Shown: positions 1 to 13,689 of the stretch, one piece after another
How positions within the stretch are numbered: the stretch's first letter is position 1
Layout: each line of letters opens with the position of its first letter
NCBI GenBank assembly: GCA_951406725.2
Contig: OX597821.1
Span: 46,004,001 to 46,068,000 of the forward strand
Reading direction: 5' to 3'
Origin: Octopus vulgaris
Lineage: Eukaryota
Length of the DNA: 64,000 nucleotides
Notes under the pieces: model-generated
Told to the model about the DNA's origin: nothing
The model's input: the letters and a program-made list of their open reading frames with translations, nothing else
The model's database searches: none
Position numbers and translations under genes: made by a program

Positions 1-249
1 ATCCTGATTATTGAATAATTTGGTAGTTATGCAGGTTTCGTAGAAGACATTTCATTTGTTGAGAGAAAGGCAACTGGTCATGCAGTGAGTGTTTGCAATA
101 AATGTATTCGCGGGGAAAAAGTGACGAGCTGGCAGGATCGTTTGCATCTCAGACAAAATGCTTAGCTACGTTTCATTCATCTTTAGGTTTTGAGTTCACA
201 TTTTGCCGAAGTTGACTTTTATAATTTCGAGGTCGACAAAATAAGTAAC

Positions 250-283
<34 letters not shown>

Positions 284-506
284 TATATATCTCATTATAA
301 TATCAACCACGAAAATACATGTATTTTCGTGGTTGAAACCTTTTGGATTACTGGTGCTAGAGTGAGCCATATAGTGACCACTTCTTATATTTATTTTTAA
401 AAATATTATAATATGTTATAAAATATTATAATAATCCAGGTTTCTCGTAGCACTAGGCCACTTGGTGTTGAATAGATATACTATTAAATTATATCATACT
501 TATTAA

Positions 507-573
<67 letters not shown>

Positions 574-789
574 CATACATACATACATATACACATACAT
601 ACATATTATACATACATACATATTGTGAAACATACATAAAAACATACATACATACAAACATACATACATACATATACATACATACATACATACATACATA
701 CACATACATACAGGTACAAATGCACATATATGTATATATTTAAGCACATCGTATTGTGAAACATAATAAAAACGAATGGGATGTGTTTT

Positions 790-855
<66 letters not shown>

Positions 856-856
856 A

Positions 857-3062
857 TTAGCTGAACGTTCCGGCGTTGCCCGTCTTACTGCTGTTCTTTT
901 TCAGATTAGTAAACAATAAATATAAAATATATTCTCATAATTATTTCAAAATATCTCTATTTTATTTTAAAATATCCAAATTGTAATGATAATAGAATTT
1001 CAAACTGAAAATATGTCATTGTTGAAGCACCTCAGGGTAAACAATATTCATTGTGTAATTTTTTGTTGGTGTCGAAATGAATAAATTGTTGCTGCTTCCA
1101 AGTCGCGAGCAAGCAACATAAAACTGGCCGTAGGAGAAGTATGTAAAAGCTCCACGAGGCTCCGGCAGGGATGGTGGTGATCCCTGCTGTACTCTTTCAC
1201 CACAACTTTCTCTCACTCTTACTTCCTGTTTCTGTTGTACCTGTATTTCAAAGGGCCGGCCTTGTCACTCTCTGGGTCACGCTGAATATCCCCGAGAACT
1301 GCGTTAAGGGTACACATGTGTGTGGAGTGCTCAGCCACTTACACGTTAATTACGAGCAGGCTGTTCCGTTGATCGGATCAACCGGAACCCTCGTCGTCGT
1401 AACCGACGGAGTGCTTCCATCCATGTAGTAGAGAGATCAAGTACAACTTCACCCTCAGATTTGTTAACTGAAATACCAAAACTTAGTTTGACTGGAAACT
1501 GAAGCGTCTTAAATATAAATGGTATGACGGGAGTTTTTTAGGAATAAAGACATTTTTTTCTTTGTTTCTACTTGTTATGATTGTTGCCTGCAGGACATGA
1601 GGTTTCATGGAAGTAACAATTAAGCAAGTTCCATTACACAGGTGAGATAGGGGTCAAGATTCCTAAGCAACATAATGGGGGCACCCAGTTTTAGTGTCAA
1701 GTTATACGGTGGCATCCCAGAAATTCAACAGGGTATTGAACAACCTGATCTTGATCAAGTCTTGTCAATTGATCGAATAGTCATTTCTGATGTATCTGTT
1801 AACTTTTGAAGAAGTTCATGATTAAGTTTATCAACCACTTCATTAGCTGGAGCCAGTATAGCTCTTTTATGTAGCCAGTTTACATCTGTGTAATTGACAG
1901 ATAAATTAGGAAACACTTTATCCATAAGATCCCTAAGAGAAAACATCGTTTGATCGCATTTAATTTGATGTTGTTGAAGTCTCGAGTTGGATGTTAATAT
2001 CTCATTACTATTCTTAAGAAGGTCGTATGATCACTGTAGAAGTACTCACATGTTGCTTGTAAGATGAAGTTTTTCACATGTTTCCAAAGGCACAATTTTT
2101 TTAAGCACGCGTTGACCGCATCAGCTTTTGATCCTTTGGGGATAACTGGCAACGTTTGACGAAAATCTCCTGCAAAATGAACTGTTATTTCTCCTGTGAG
2201 CGTGTTATTGTTTTTTTTTACTATGTCTTGGAGGGTACGGTCAAATACCTCTGGAGATCCACGATGTGACAATGCACTCATCCCAAACAATGGGGCAAGT
2301 TTGTTGGAGAAATGTTGCCATTGCAGAGGTTTTGGAAATGTTGCACATTTGAGATTCTTTCATTGCAAGGTTTAGAGGGAGCTTGAACATGGAATGAACA
2401 GTTCTTCCTCCAGAGGAGAGTAGCTGCAATACTAGAAGATGCAACACTGGAAGAAGGTTAGATTTTATTCCCTATCATTTAGGATTGCAGGTGAAAGTGA
2501 CAAAAAGATCTGGTTCTCCATATATCTTGGCATATGTCATAGCATCTTGTGTTCGTTGAGAACCACCTGTGAATGATGATGGGAGGATTATAAGTTGCTC
2601 CATGTTTTGAATATCATCATCTGTTCTCAGAGCATCGCGGAGATGAACATAATTTTTAGCCCTTAACTTTTTTTGATTGTTACAAATGTAGAGGAGATGA
2701 TTACTCTCAACTTTACCATACATATCAACCAGGTATTGCAAAAATAGATCTCCATACATGTGTAATTGATTTGATTGTTCTGGTCTTGATATCAGTTGGT
2801 AAGAAAAGATGTCATTTGACGATACCTTTTCGTTTGTAATTGGTTCTCGTATTACAGATTCAATCTGTGGAATATTGAAATGATATCCATCTTGTCCATT
2901 CCACAAAATAAGAGAATACTGGAGAGCAGCATATGAGGGATGAGTTTCTCAAACACGTTTAAGTTTGTTATTTCGATCATGAATGAGAATATCACGATTT
3001 TCATGGGGATCACTTACCATTAGAATGGCTACTTCATAAGATGTGGACTCATTAAAACGGCA
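857..3062 (-). mobile_element. Helitron relic (Rep/PIF1 helicase pseudogene, internally deleted) with 3' terminus
   Basis: Minus-strand fragments include Rep-region motifs (QYLVDMYGKVE, ILPSSFTGG, PDLFVTFTCNPK) and PIF1 motifs (GGRTVHSMFKLPL, IVWDEC, FAGDFRQTLPV, RAILAP, QFPVKLSFGISVNKSEG, FSYGQFYVACSR). Stops and frameshifts are present. The 3' end has a GC hairpin (870-882) followed by CTAA|T at 860-857. Confidence 0.9.
1146..1422 (+). mobile_element. SINE family A1, 5'-truncated, inserted in the Helitron helicase
   Basis: Near-identical to the copies at 11337, 20897, 23414 and 43793. 5-bp TSD ATGTA at 1141-1145 and 1423-1427. Confidence 0.9.
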
Positions 3063-3113
3063 TGAAATGTCCTTTGCTATAGTTTACTATAGACACAACG
3101 TAGGTATATGTAG

Positions 3114-3147
<34 letters not shown>

Positions 3148-3911
3148 AATTCTCTGAGGCCTAACGTATAAAAATTATCACACATACAGTCGCACACACA
3201 TACAGTCTGATATACATTCACATACATATACTAAGACAGACACAGAGAGACATACATTCACGCACACTTCAGGAGTCGACAACTGGTGAAGAGTCATTTT
3301 TTGTGTTACTTGCCTTATTTTTCACTTGTTTCTCTCGTTGTTAGCGTACCCAACTTTATTTTCGTATTTCATGTTGTTTACATTTTGTGACATCCTGTAC
3401 CCATATATGCATATCTATATACATATTTATGTATGTATGTACATGTATGTATATATATATATATATCATTTATATTATTATTATATATATATATAAATAC
3501 ATACATACATACATACATACATACATACATACATACATACATACATACATACATACATACATACATAAGGATAGGCATAATAAAAAGGGTTGTGGGAAAA
3601 CTCATTTAAATAAAAGGGCTGGGAACCACTGTTGGGAAGAACTGTGAAAAGGTTGAGAACTAGTCTCAGTGGATGGAATACTTATTTGGCTAATCTTACC
3701 TTTACGCAACAGTGACACATACATACATTTATGTACGTATGTATATACATATACATACATACATACATACATACATACAAACATACATACATACATACAT
3801 ATATTTATATATATATAGGGAGAGTTTACGAAAAAAACAAAAGAGGAAGACAGGTGGTGTACAAAACAAACAGATTTACGTTTCGAGCCTATATATATAT
3901 TTATATTTATA

Positions 3912-4145
3912 TGGGTTTGGCCAAAAGTCACCCGACATCAAATCAAAATTCCATAATTACTATCTGCAATTCTGTATTGACTCGAATGGGAAAAATGTGC
4001 CTCTCAAGAAAGACTTCAGTCTGAACAATTTTCATGATGTTTCATATCTAGATGCTTTTATTAAATTCATTCAGTTGTTAAACATATATAAATCTTGGAA
4101 TTAAATGGTTTTGATTTACTGTCAGATGACTTTTGGCCAACTCTG
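3912..4145. mobile_element. Tc1/mariner-type MITE
   Basis: Imperfect terminal inverted repeats (TIRs) of about 40 bp (TTGGCCAAAAGTCA.C.GACA..AAATCAAAA), TA flanks, no ORF. Confidence 0.7.
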
Positions 4146-4157
4146 TATATATATATG

Positions 4158-4233
<76 letters not shown>

Positions 4234-4329
4234 CGTGTGTGTGTGTGTGTGCGTGTGTTTGACTGTTTTTGTCCCCATTTATAAAGAGAGAAAATGAGTC
4301 AGAGATTGAAAGAGAGAGAATGGGAGGGA

Positions 4330-4389
<60 letters not shown>

Positions 4390-5765
4390 GAGTGAGAGAC
4401 AGATCGTGCAACTGAGAGAGCCTGAAATATAATATAAAGGTTTATATGTTCCGTAAACTAGTTGGGCATGCTAGAGAGACAAAATGTGTGGTTAAGAGCT
4501 GGCTGTTTAAAGTGAGGGAATAATCAAAGACATGTATCCGGATACTGTGTTCATGCGTTGAATGAATATTTCCGCCATTCCTTTCTTAATTGATATTCGC
4601 AACGTAATAAACAACATAGACATCCGAAATAGCCCTGGGAAGACAATATACGGCAGATATAGAGGAAGACATCACTTGCTTAGAGTGCAATATTTCTGTG
4701 TGTGCGTGCGTGCGTGCCTCTATGTGTGTGTGTGTGTGTTTGTGTGCGCGCGCGTGAGGGTGTTTTGTATATGTGTGTAATCCACATGTATGTGTGTGAG
4801 TGTGTCTGTGTGTCACAGTGGGGGTGTCTGCGTGCATGTGCGTCTGTCAGTCAGTGTGTGAGAAATTGTGATTTTGTATATTTCTGCCTGTGGTTTTTGT
4901 GTATGAGCGCGTGTGTGCGAGTGTCTGTGTTTAGTGTGTGCATGAATGCGTGTGTACGTTTGTTTGTTTGTCATTGCGAACCTCTGTGTGTATATAATAA
5001 GTGTGTGTCTGTCACTCCATTTGTTGTAGTGTGTATATGAATGCATGTTCATTGTATATTTGTGAGTGTGTGAAGCTATTTATATATGTCAGTATATCTG
5101 TCACTGTGTGCGTGTGTGTTAGTGAGGTCCGCATGTTTTCCCTATTGTGTCAAGGTCAATCTCGTGGCAAGAGCAGACATTGTCTAATAAACTGTGTTGT
5201 TTTCCTTATACTGAAGAGGTGAAAGTCAAATAAATTAAATCAAAACAAAAATATTTTTTTTTAAATCCTGCCCATCGATTATAAAGGGGAAACTTTGTTA
5301 CTGGAATACGTTGGGTTTTTAGTTGGACTATCGACAATAAAGTTCAATAATCTAACAATCGATTTCTTTCGATGAGAAGAGACAAGGTCAGATGTTTAAA
5401 GTTGCAATGCATGAAAAATAAACGATTGAATTGATCCCCCCCAGCACATTGCTGGGGATCAATACGAGTTGGGGGGGAAATATCTACGCAGTTACTCGAT
5501 CTGCTAGAAATAGCAGCCGAAGGGAAGAGGAGTTAGAATATGGTAATTTGGTAGAAGAAAAAAAGACGGCTAGGTTATGGTTGGAATGTTTTGATCGCTA
5601 ATCAATAAGATTAGGATTGACCTAGGGCGAGACATAAACTACAATTATTTAGTAACATATATAACGATGCCAAGAATCATATTGTAATATCTAATATTCA
5701 ACTGGTGCTTATTTTAATACACAAACACACACACATCATTATACATTACATACACACACGTTATA

Positions 5766-5802
<37 letters not shown>

Positions 5803-5907
5803 TTGTGTGTGTGTGCGTGTGTGTATATGTATATCGTATGCGTGTTTGTGTATGTATTTATGAGTGATAAAGCTGAACATATATACATATATATATGTAT
5901 ATATATA

Positions 5908-5939
<32 letters not shown>

Positions 5940-6076
5940 ATTTACTGATGTGTAATTACATAAGCGCCTCAAATGCTAAGAGTTTCGTACCAGTAAATGT
6001 GCATGTATATGTATGTGTATATGTGTGTGTTTGTGTGTGGTGTGTGTGTGTGTATGTATGTATGTATGTTTGTATG

Positions 6077-6114
<38 letters not shown>

Positions 6115-6770
6115 AATTCAACAAAAAAAAGTACTCCGTCTGGTGAGAGATAAATATTATGTATTTAAAGGTCACAATACATGTATTTAAGCGCTACTAA
6201 TAGTTTCATATGTTAAGAAAACACAAACATATTCTTCAGGCGCAAAGCACAGATCATAACGAACTAAAGAAATTGAATAAATAGAAGAAACGCGAAAAAA
6301 ATTGAGAAGGCAGTATATAGAAAACGCAGACAATAAACAACGGAAAACGATATACGGAAAACAAAATAAAAAGTAAAAAAGTAAAAGAGCTATCTTCCTT
6401 AGACCTTAAATGATTAGGCTGGAAAGATATCAAGTCAGTTAGGAATAGGCGGAATTTTCCAATTCTTCAACATATATTTATACATATGCATGCTAGCCTG
6501 GAGTTCAATAGAGAGTTAAGGACCTTACACCTGATCAGGATCTATGCTCTTTAAGCCAAAAAAAGTCTACATTTATTCGATCCATTCACATAAGGTATGG
6601 ATTTGTCAATTACTTTCCATTTAATCACATGCGGTGTCTCGTTATCTTTCAAAGTCCATACGTAGCTTGCCAACTTAGTAGCTTTACTTTTGTTTCTATG
6701 TCGGAAGGAGGCTATGTGATTGGCATAGCAATTTTTTATTATTTAGGGTTGCAGTAACTTCTGCCACTTA
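6115..6770 (-). mobile_element. Penelope-like element 3' relic (copy 1)
   Basis: Minus-strand peptide YANHIASFRHRNKSKATKLASYVWTLKDNETPHVIKWKVIDKSIPYVNGSNKC resembles the PLE GIY-YIG C-terminus. The 3' region holds an HHR. Paralogous to 19597-20445. Confidence 0.8.
6191..6243 (-). ncRNA. hammerhead ribozyme motif
   Basis: gcgc-CUGAAGA-[auauguu/aacauau stem II]-GAA-acua-u-uagu-A|gcgc. The core is intact, all three stems pair, and the cleavage triplet is GUA. Confidence 0.8.
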
Positions 6771-7086
6771 TGTGAGAAGGTGTGCTGATGTAAAGGAGAT
6801 ATTTGGTTACCTAGTCAGAGGCAAAACAAGAGAAAGAGAGTGATCAAGAATGGGGGCAGAAATAGCTGCACTGTTGTAGAGGAGATACATGGCTACCCAA
6901 CCAGAGAGAAGAGCAAGGGAAAGAGAGAGAGAGGGGAGGAGAGAGAGAGAGAGAGAAAGAAAGAAGCGGCAAAAGTGAAATGCCAGGGTATTCTCACAAG
7001 TAACAAGGATCAGAGTATGATGTGATGGTAGATTAAGATGTGATGGTAGATTAAGGATGGTAGATTAAGGATGGTAGATTAAGGAA

Positions 7087-7317
7087 GGCGGCGAGCTGGC
7101 AGAAACGTTAGCACGCCGGGCGAAATGCTTAGTGGTATTTCGTCTGTCGCAACGTTCTGAGTTCAAATTCCGCCGAGGTCGACTTTGCCTTTCATCCTTT
7201 CGGGTTCGATAAATTAAGTACCAGTTACGCACTGGGTTCGATGTAATCGACTTAATACCTATGTCTGTCCTTGTTTGTCCACTCTATGTTTAGCCCCTTG
7301 TGGGTAATAAAGAAATA
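7087..7317 (+). mobile_element. SINE family B, full length
   Basis: GGCGGCGAGCTGGCAGAAACG head, B-box-like GAGTTCAAATTCC, AAAGAAATA end. 14-bp TSD GGTAGATTAAGGAA at 7073-7086 and 7318-7331. Confidence 0.9.
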
Positions 7318-7763
7318 GGTAGATTAAGGAAGGTAGATAAACGAAGGTCGTAATATACGTGGTCATGTATTGTCAAGAAGGCACAAGTAGGGAATGGGAA
7401 TTGCAGTGACTGGCGAAAACATAGGTAGAAAAATGGGTTGGGGGAAGCAGCAATACAGGGAGCAGGGTAGTGAGGGCAGGAATGGGGATTGGAAAATAAT
7501 CATAGGAAATGAGAAGATGAGAAAGATGCAGTTTAGAAGAGATGTAGTTCGGGATCTTGGGGTAGGATGTATGAAAAGTTCGTTGTTACATGCGGGTGGG
7601 ACACAACGATTCTAGCACTCAGTTTTGCTGACGTGGGCGGGTCTTCTCTGGAACCTTATTTCGTCAAACATCTCAGTCCATTATCATTTCCCCTGTGGGC
7701 CACAACATCCTAAGATCGGTTCTCATCACTTCATCCCATGTCTTCCTGAGTCTCTTTCTCTCT

Positions 7764-7826
<63 letters not shown>

Positions 7827-7911
7827 GTCTTTCTCACTTTCTCACTGGGTAACCATGTACTTCCTCTATAAGCAAGACAACTATTTCTGACTCTCTATTT
7901 CACCTGATAAC

Positions 7912-8350
7912 AGATCACCTCCTCCAATGCCCCTTCCGTTTTAGCAAGACACTTGTTTCTGCCTCTGTCTCTCTGTCACACTCTAACCTTTCATCATCTG
8001 AAACAAGATCAACTCCTCTCATGCCTCCTCCCCTCTCATAATTCCTTGTCTTGAGAGTTACTTGGTGACCCTGCCGGTGCTGGTGCCACGTAAAAAGCAT
8101 CCAGTCCACACCGTAAAGTGGTTGGCATTTGGAAGGGCTTCCAACTGTAACATCCATACCAAAACTAACCTTGCGTATGCTAGTCCACTCTGCAAAGTGG
8201 TTGGTGTTAGGAAGGGCAGCCATCCTTAAAACTTCTGCCAAAACTGTCACAGTTGCCTTGGGTAGTTTTCTACCTGACTGGCTCCTGTGAACTGTTCTAT
8301 CCATGCATGCATGGAAGACGGATATTAAACGATGACGATGATGATGATAA
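7912..8350 (+). mobile_element. SINE-like retroposon with (GAT)n tail
   Basis: GC-richer island with a duplicated AAGTGGTTGG..TTAGGAAGGGC motif, ending in ATTAAACGATGACGATGATGAT. Confidence 0.5.
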
Positions 8351-8352
8351 TG

Positions 8353-8383
<31 letters not shown>

Positions 8384-8424
8384 CATCATACACTCACAAA
8401 GGCACACGCACACACACACACACG

Positions 8425-8467
<43 letters not shown>

Positions 8468-8468
8468 A

Positions 8469-8527
<59 letters not shown>

Positions 8528-10543
8528 CTACACACGTGCGCTCCTGTTTTTCAAATCCACCCTTTGTATATTGAATGAGATTAAGTAACTGGATCGTAGT
8601 CGACTTTCAGAAAGGAATCAGACTTGCTGTTTAATAAGGTGTTGAATAAGCCCTGAAATTCTGCTTAGAATTAATCACTGAAGTAGTTTAACAATGGAGA
8701 GAGACCGAGAGGTTGCCCCTACCCTTCACCCATATCTGAGTATTTTGTGTGTTAAGAGACCACTGTTAAAGTTTTTCAGCGACCATATTTGTGCTTCTAG
8801 TTCAAAATATTTTAGAACCTCCGAGAAAATGTTCGAAACCTATTGCTTCACCTGTTTTGTTTATTGATACACGTGTTTTTTTTTTTTCTAATTTCAGTTT
8901 ATTTGTATGATTTCCCTTCAAATATATATTTTTTGCGCTCTGGTTTTTAACTGAATATTACAAGGTGATAAACTCTTTTGTTTGCAGTCACATCGTGATT
9001 GTTCTCTCGGTATTTTAGAATAACTTTTATAAGACACACCATGATTTGTTTTACGATGTCTACGCATATTAATAAACTCAATTATAAATTTTCAATCTTG
9101 CTAACATTGAACTGGGGAGGTATTCGTATAAGCTTCTTCAGCACTAATAGTATTCTTTGAAAATAGATTAATAGCAAATATTAATTTATATTTTTATATA
9201 ACACGGAGTTTGCCTTGATGAATTCAGTTGTGTATTCATGTTAACAACCTTGGGCTATATTTCTTTTCCCTGCGTAAATATGACAGTTTTCCACTTTAGA
9301 TTTTGTGAGAAGCAGTGCATTCTCAATTTGCCTTTTTTTTAAAAAAGAAAAACATTTACAGGAGCAATTATTGGTTATAATCTAATGTTCATAGATTGTG
9401 CTGGATTTGGAGAATTATTCCCAAGACAAATTTCTTACACATTACAGCAATTTGATCAATAGTTAACTCTAAATCAATGATTTATCCACGTTAATAACCT
9501 CTACTGTCAAATGAGTTTACTTGTTTCGTATAATGATTTGAGCTGGGATGGTTGCTTTCCTCCACGGTATTAATAGCTTTGTAAAACAATATTGAATGCT
9601 ATGGTTACTAAAATTCTAATGATAATTTGGGCTTCGCTGAATTTACGAGTGGAACCTCGGAAACTAGGAAGAGAATACCTGTAGGTTTCTAAATTGATGT
9701 TATGAGAACTTTATCCAGTTCAGATATTGATTTATAATTTTAACAGGTGAACGTTTTTACCAAATTAACAATAATTTTGGTAAATTCTGTGAGCAACTTA
9801 ATTTCGTGTATTTTAAACTTTCTGTACAAACTACACAAATTTGGGTCGGTTGAGAGCGGGATGTTTTGATTTTTTTTTTTTTTTTTGTGAAATTCTGTCT
9901 GAAGTAAATCACCTTATACTGATTCTCTCATTACAAATGGAGAACATGGAGAATTTGAAAGTAGCACCGAAATCTAAGGATGCAGTCGTGTTGCTGCACA
10001 CGCTGGTGACATGTAGCTGCCTGCCGTGCAATAAGCTATTTATTGTTATAACGAACCAATATAGGAGCTCCTAGATAGTGGTTCAATGTACTAGAAATAG
10101 CAGTCAAATCTCACTGGTTAATTTAATCGTGGATATATTATGCCTGAAAAGAATGAAACTATGACGGTCACGGTTGGAACCTCCAGTTATTGTGGTCGAC
10201 GATGACTTTGGATTAAACAGTAATATTAGCAAAGAGCATGCTATTTACAAAATTTTTGAGTTAAATATCATTGCCATGGAAACAAAATAATAGCTACCCA
10301 CTATATCGGCCAATAGAGCCTTTACGTGGTCGCTCCATCTACCAGAAGTAATAGACAAATCGCACCCTTACTGCCATAAAGAAGGAAAGGCCACATTGAA
10401 CAATATAGTCCTAAATACTCTTAAAAAGATGGGATGATCAACGATGGAATGTTGTATGATCGTAAGTCGGCTTTCAAAAAACAACATCGACAACATCAAC
10501 AAAAAACAAAGCAACAACAAGAACAGCGCAGCAGCAACAGCCA

Positions 10544-10913
10544 GTGGAGGCGCAATGGCCCAGTGGTTAGGGCAGCGGACTCGCGGTCGGAGGATCGCGG
10601 TTTCAATTCCCAGACCGGACGTTGTGTGTGTTTATTGAGCGAAAACACCTAAAGCTCCACGAGGCACGGCAGGGGGTGGTGGCGACCCCTGTTGTACTCT
10701 TTCGCTCCAGCTTTCTCTCACTCTTTCTTCCTGTTTCTTGTCCCCGACTTCCTACGCAACCGCTGAGCCTATATGCGCATTCATCCATCCGCCGATGCTC
10801 TCTGTGTCGGGGGTTGACCTGCTTTCTCTTCTGCGGGTCTTACGAATAGCAAAGGACCACGTTTTGGACTTCTCCCATCTTGCGAGCTCTGGGACGAAGA
10901 CCGTTCGCTCAAC
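10544..10913 (+). mobile_element. SINE family A2 (A1 head, different 3' tail)
   Basis: tRNA-like head GTGGAGGCGCAATGGCCCAGTGGTTAGGGC...GGTTTCAATTCCC is shared with A1. The 3' half matches only 50021-50398. Confidence 0.85.
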
Positions 10914-11336
10914 AGCAACAGCAGCCAGGTTAGTTCACCTTTTCCACTTATCTAATGGTAAAATATCGATAACACAATATTAAAAAAATTACGTACAGTC
11001 AGAAAGTCAATTGGCCAGATCGGAGGGACATTGGATTATCAGCTTTATCCAATTAGTCCAGTTGCTCTGTGTAGGTGCAGATGCTCCTTTAAGTACAGTG
11101 CTATAGACTTAAAGACCGTTTGGTTATTAAGCAGTTATGTCTTTGAAGGACAATTGAAAATGTTTTAAGCCACAGTATCCAGTTATTCCAACCAGTTTGC
11201 TATTGAATTTGTGTCCACCGTTTGCTTCGGTGAATGAGCTGCTTTTGCTGGTGTTAGTTTACCTTGCTGTACATTTTAGTACCATGTAACAGTGTAGAGT
11301 TTGATGTCTTATGTAGACACTATTATCAAGGCAATG

Positions 11337-11706
11337 GTGGAGGCGCAATGGCCCAGTGGTTAGGGCAGCGGACTCGCGGTCGTAGGATCGCGGTTTCGAT
11401 TCCCAGAGTGTATATTGAGCGAAAACATCTAAAGCTCCACGAGGCGCCGGCAGAGATGGTGGTGATCCCTACTGTACTCTTTCACCACAACTTTCTCTCA
11501 CTCTTACTTCCTGTTTCTGCTGTACCTGTATTTCAAAGGGCCGGCCTTGTCACTCTCTGTGTCACGTTGAATATCCCCGAGAACTACGTTAAGGGTACAC
11601 GTGTCTGTGGAGTGCTCAGCCACTTACACGTTAATTTCACGAGCAGGCTGTTCCGTTGATCGGATCAACCGGAACCCTCATCGTCGTAACCGACGGAGTG
11701 CTTCCA
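11337..11706 (+). mobile_element. SINE family A1
   Basis: tRNA A/B boxes. 17-bp TSD with 1 mismatch (CTA[T/C]TATCAAGGCAATG) at 11320-11336 and 11719-11735. Confidence 0.9.
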
Positions 11707-12170
11707 CACCAAAAGTCTCTACTATCAAGGCAATGGCTGTGATCGGACATCGAAAATGGAACTTTCAAGTGCAAGAGGTTTCACTCCGATAAACCTTGGC
11801 AGAGTAAAAGATATATAATTTATGTTCTATTATATTGTCAAATTAACAGAGTAGCTACAGCGTCAGAAAGAATAATTTGCAGTAGTCGTTCCGGTTCATT
11901 AGACTCTGAGTTCAAATCTCACCGTGATCAACTTTGTCTTTATCCTTTCGGAGACTACAAATAAAATACTGATCAAATACTTGTTTCTTGTCATTGCCTT
12001 TCTTGGAATCGACTACGTTAAAGGATCTATGGGAGCACTCACGCCGGGGCCCGACAATTTCTTTCACTGCCACTTTGTAAACCCACTAAGAAAGGATGAA
12101 AATAACACACGCGCGCGCATCTATTTCGTTCCTTCTCTCTCTCTCTCTTTCTCTCTAAATATCTGTTACC

Positions 12171-12406
12171 TATTTCTTCATTACCCACAAGGGGCTAAAC
12201 ACAGAGGGGACAAACAAGGACAAACAAACGGATTAAGTCGATTACATCTACCCCAGTGCGTAGCTGGTACTTAATTTATCGACCCCGAAAGGATGAAAGG
12301 CAAAGTCAACCTCGGCGGAATTTGAACTCAGAACGTAACGACAGACGAAATACGGCTACGCATTTCGCCCGGCGTACTAACGTTTCTGCCAGCTCACCGC
12401 CCCGCC
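12171..12406 (-). mobile_element. SINE family B
   Basis: Matches the 7087 copy. 18-bp TSD with 1 mismatch (CTCTAAATATCT[G/A]TTACC) at 12153-12170 and 12407-12424. Confidence 0.9.
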
Positions 12407-12556
12407 CTCTAAATATCTATTACCATTTAAACACAGATGCGGATATACAATATTATTCATGTAAATATGCTTGTATGTATGCGAATGTAAAGATACGCAT
12501 ATATACATGTGCGTATGTATATACATATGTATGTGTGCGTGTGTGTGTGTGTGTGT

Positions 12557-12560
<4 letters not shown>

Positions 12561-12599
<39 letters not shown>

Positions 12600-12614
12600 G
12601 AGAAAGAGAGAGAG

Positions 12615-12649
<35 letters not shown>

Positions 12650-12791
12650 AAAAAGAAAGAAAGAAAGAAAAAAGAAAGAAAGAAAGAAAGAAAGAAAGAA
12701 AAAAGAAAGAAAGAAAAAAGAAAGAAAAAAGAAAGAAAGAAAGAAAGAAAAAAAAAGTAAGAAAGAAAGAAAAAATAAGAAGGAAAGAAAA

Positions 12792-12847
<56 letters not shown>

Positions 12848-12901
12848 AAAAAGAAAGAAAGAAAGAAAGAAAAAAGAAAGAAAGAAGGAAAGAAAAAAGT
12901 C

Positions 12902-12952
<51 letters not shown>

Positions 12953-12954
12953 GA
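12561..12954. repeat. (AG)n/(AAAG)n polypurine tract
   Basis: About 390 bp that are almost entirely purines on the + strand. Confidence 0.95.
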
Positions 12955-13150
12955 GGTTGGAAGGAGAGAGATTAAATTTCCTTTATCTTTTTTTTTAATT
13001 CTCGTTTTCCTGCATTTTTTCCTTTTTCTTTTTTTTTATTTGTTAACTAATTGATATTCAGAAACCATTTTCTCAATCTGACATGCCTCTTCTGACCTCT
13101 AAGTAGAGAGTGTTTTTTGTGTATACTCTTTCCTTCCTTCCTTCTTTCTT

Positions 13151-13181
<31 letters not shown>

Positions 13182-13689
13182 TCTTCCCTCCCTCCCTCCC
13201 TCCCTCCCATTCCTTTCTTTTCATTTCTTTTCTTTCCCCCCATTGTTTTGTTCTCCCTTGTTTCAATTGTCATCGCATGATTTCTATTCAACAAGAAAAC
13301 CTTTCTTTTAACAATGACACCGACTTCTTTTTTTTTTCTTTTTCTTTTTCTGTCGTTTCCTTCCTGGCTATGTTTCAATTTTATATCGTAATAAATATAC
13401 ATTTTCTCTTGCTTTCCACATACAGTTTTGTAATTGTTCGTAAATGGTGACTAAGTGAATGCATTGTGACATGGTAAGTTATAAATAGGGGGGGGGGACT
13501 AAGAAGTATACGGTGACTAAGTATGTTGTGACACGATAAGTTAAATATAAGGTGACTATGTGAGTGAGTGTATAAGTTAAATATATGGGGACTATGTGAA
13601 TGCCTTGTGATACGGTAAATTAAATATATAGAGACTAAGTAACTGTGTTGCAGCAAGGCACAATTTTAGCATCAGAATTCCTGACCATT

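Noticed and set aside
1171-1428. Recurrent hydrophobic ORF MVVIPAVLFHHNFLSLLLPV.. in several copies
   Set aside because: It lies within SINE A1, so the recurrence reflects repeat copies, and stops and frames vary between them.
8600-9900. Unique AT-rich stretch, possibly a decayed hAT element or exons
   Set aside because: No convincing motifs, TIRs or ORF.
12256-12975. 239-aa KER-rich ORF
   Set aside because: It consists of antisense SINE B plus (AG)n/(AAAG)n repeats and is not a gene.
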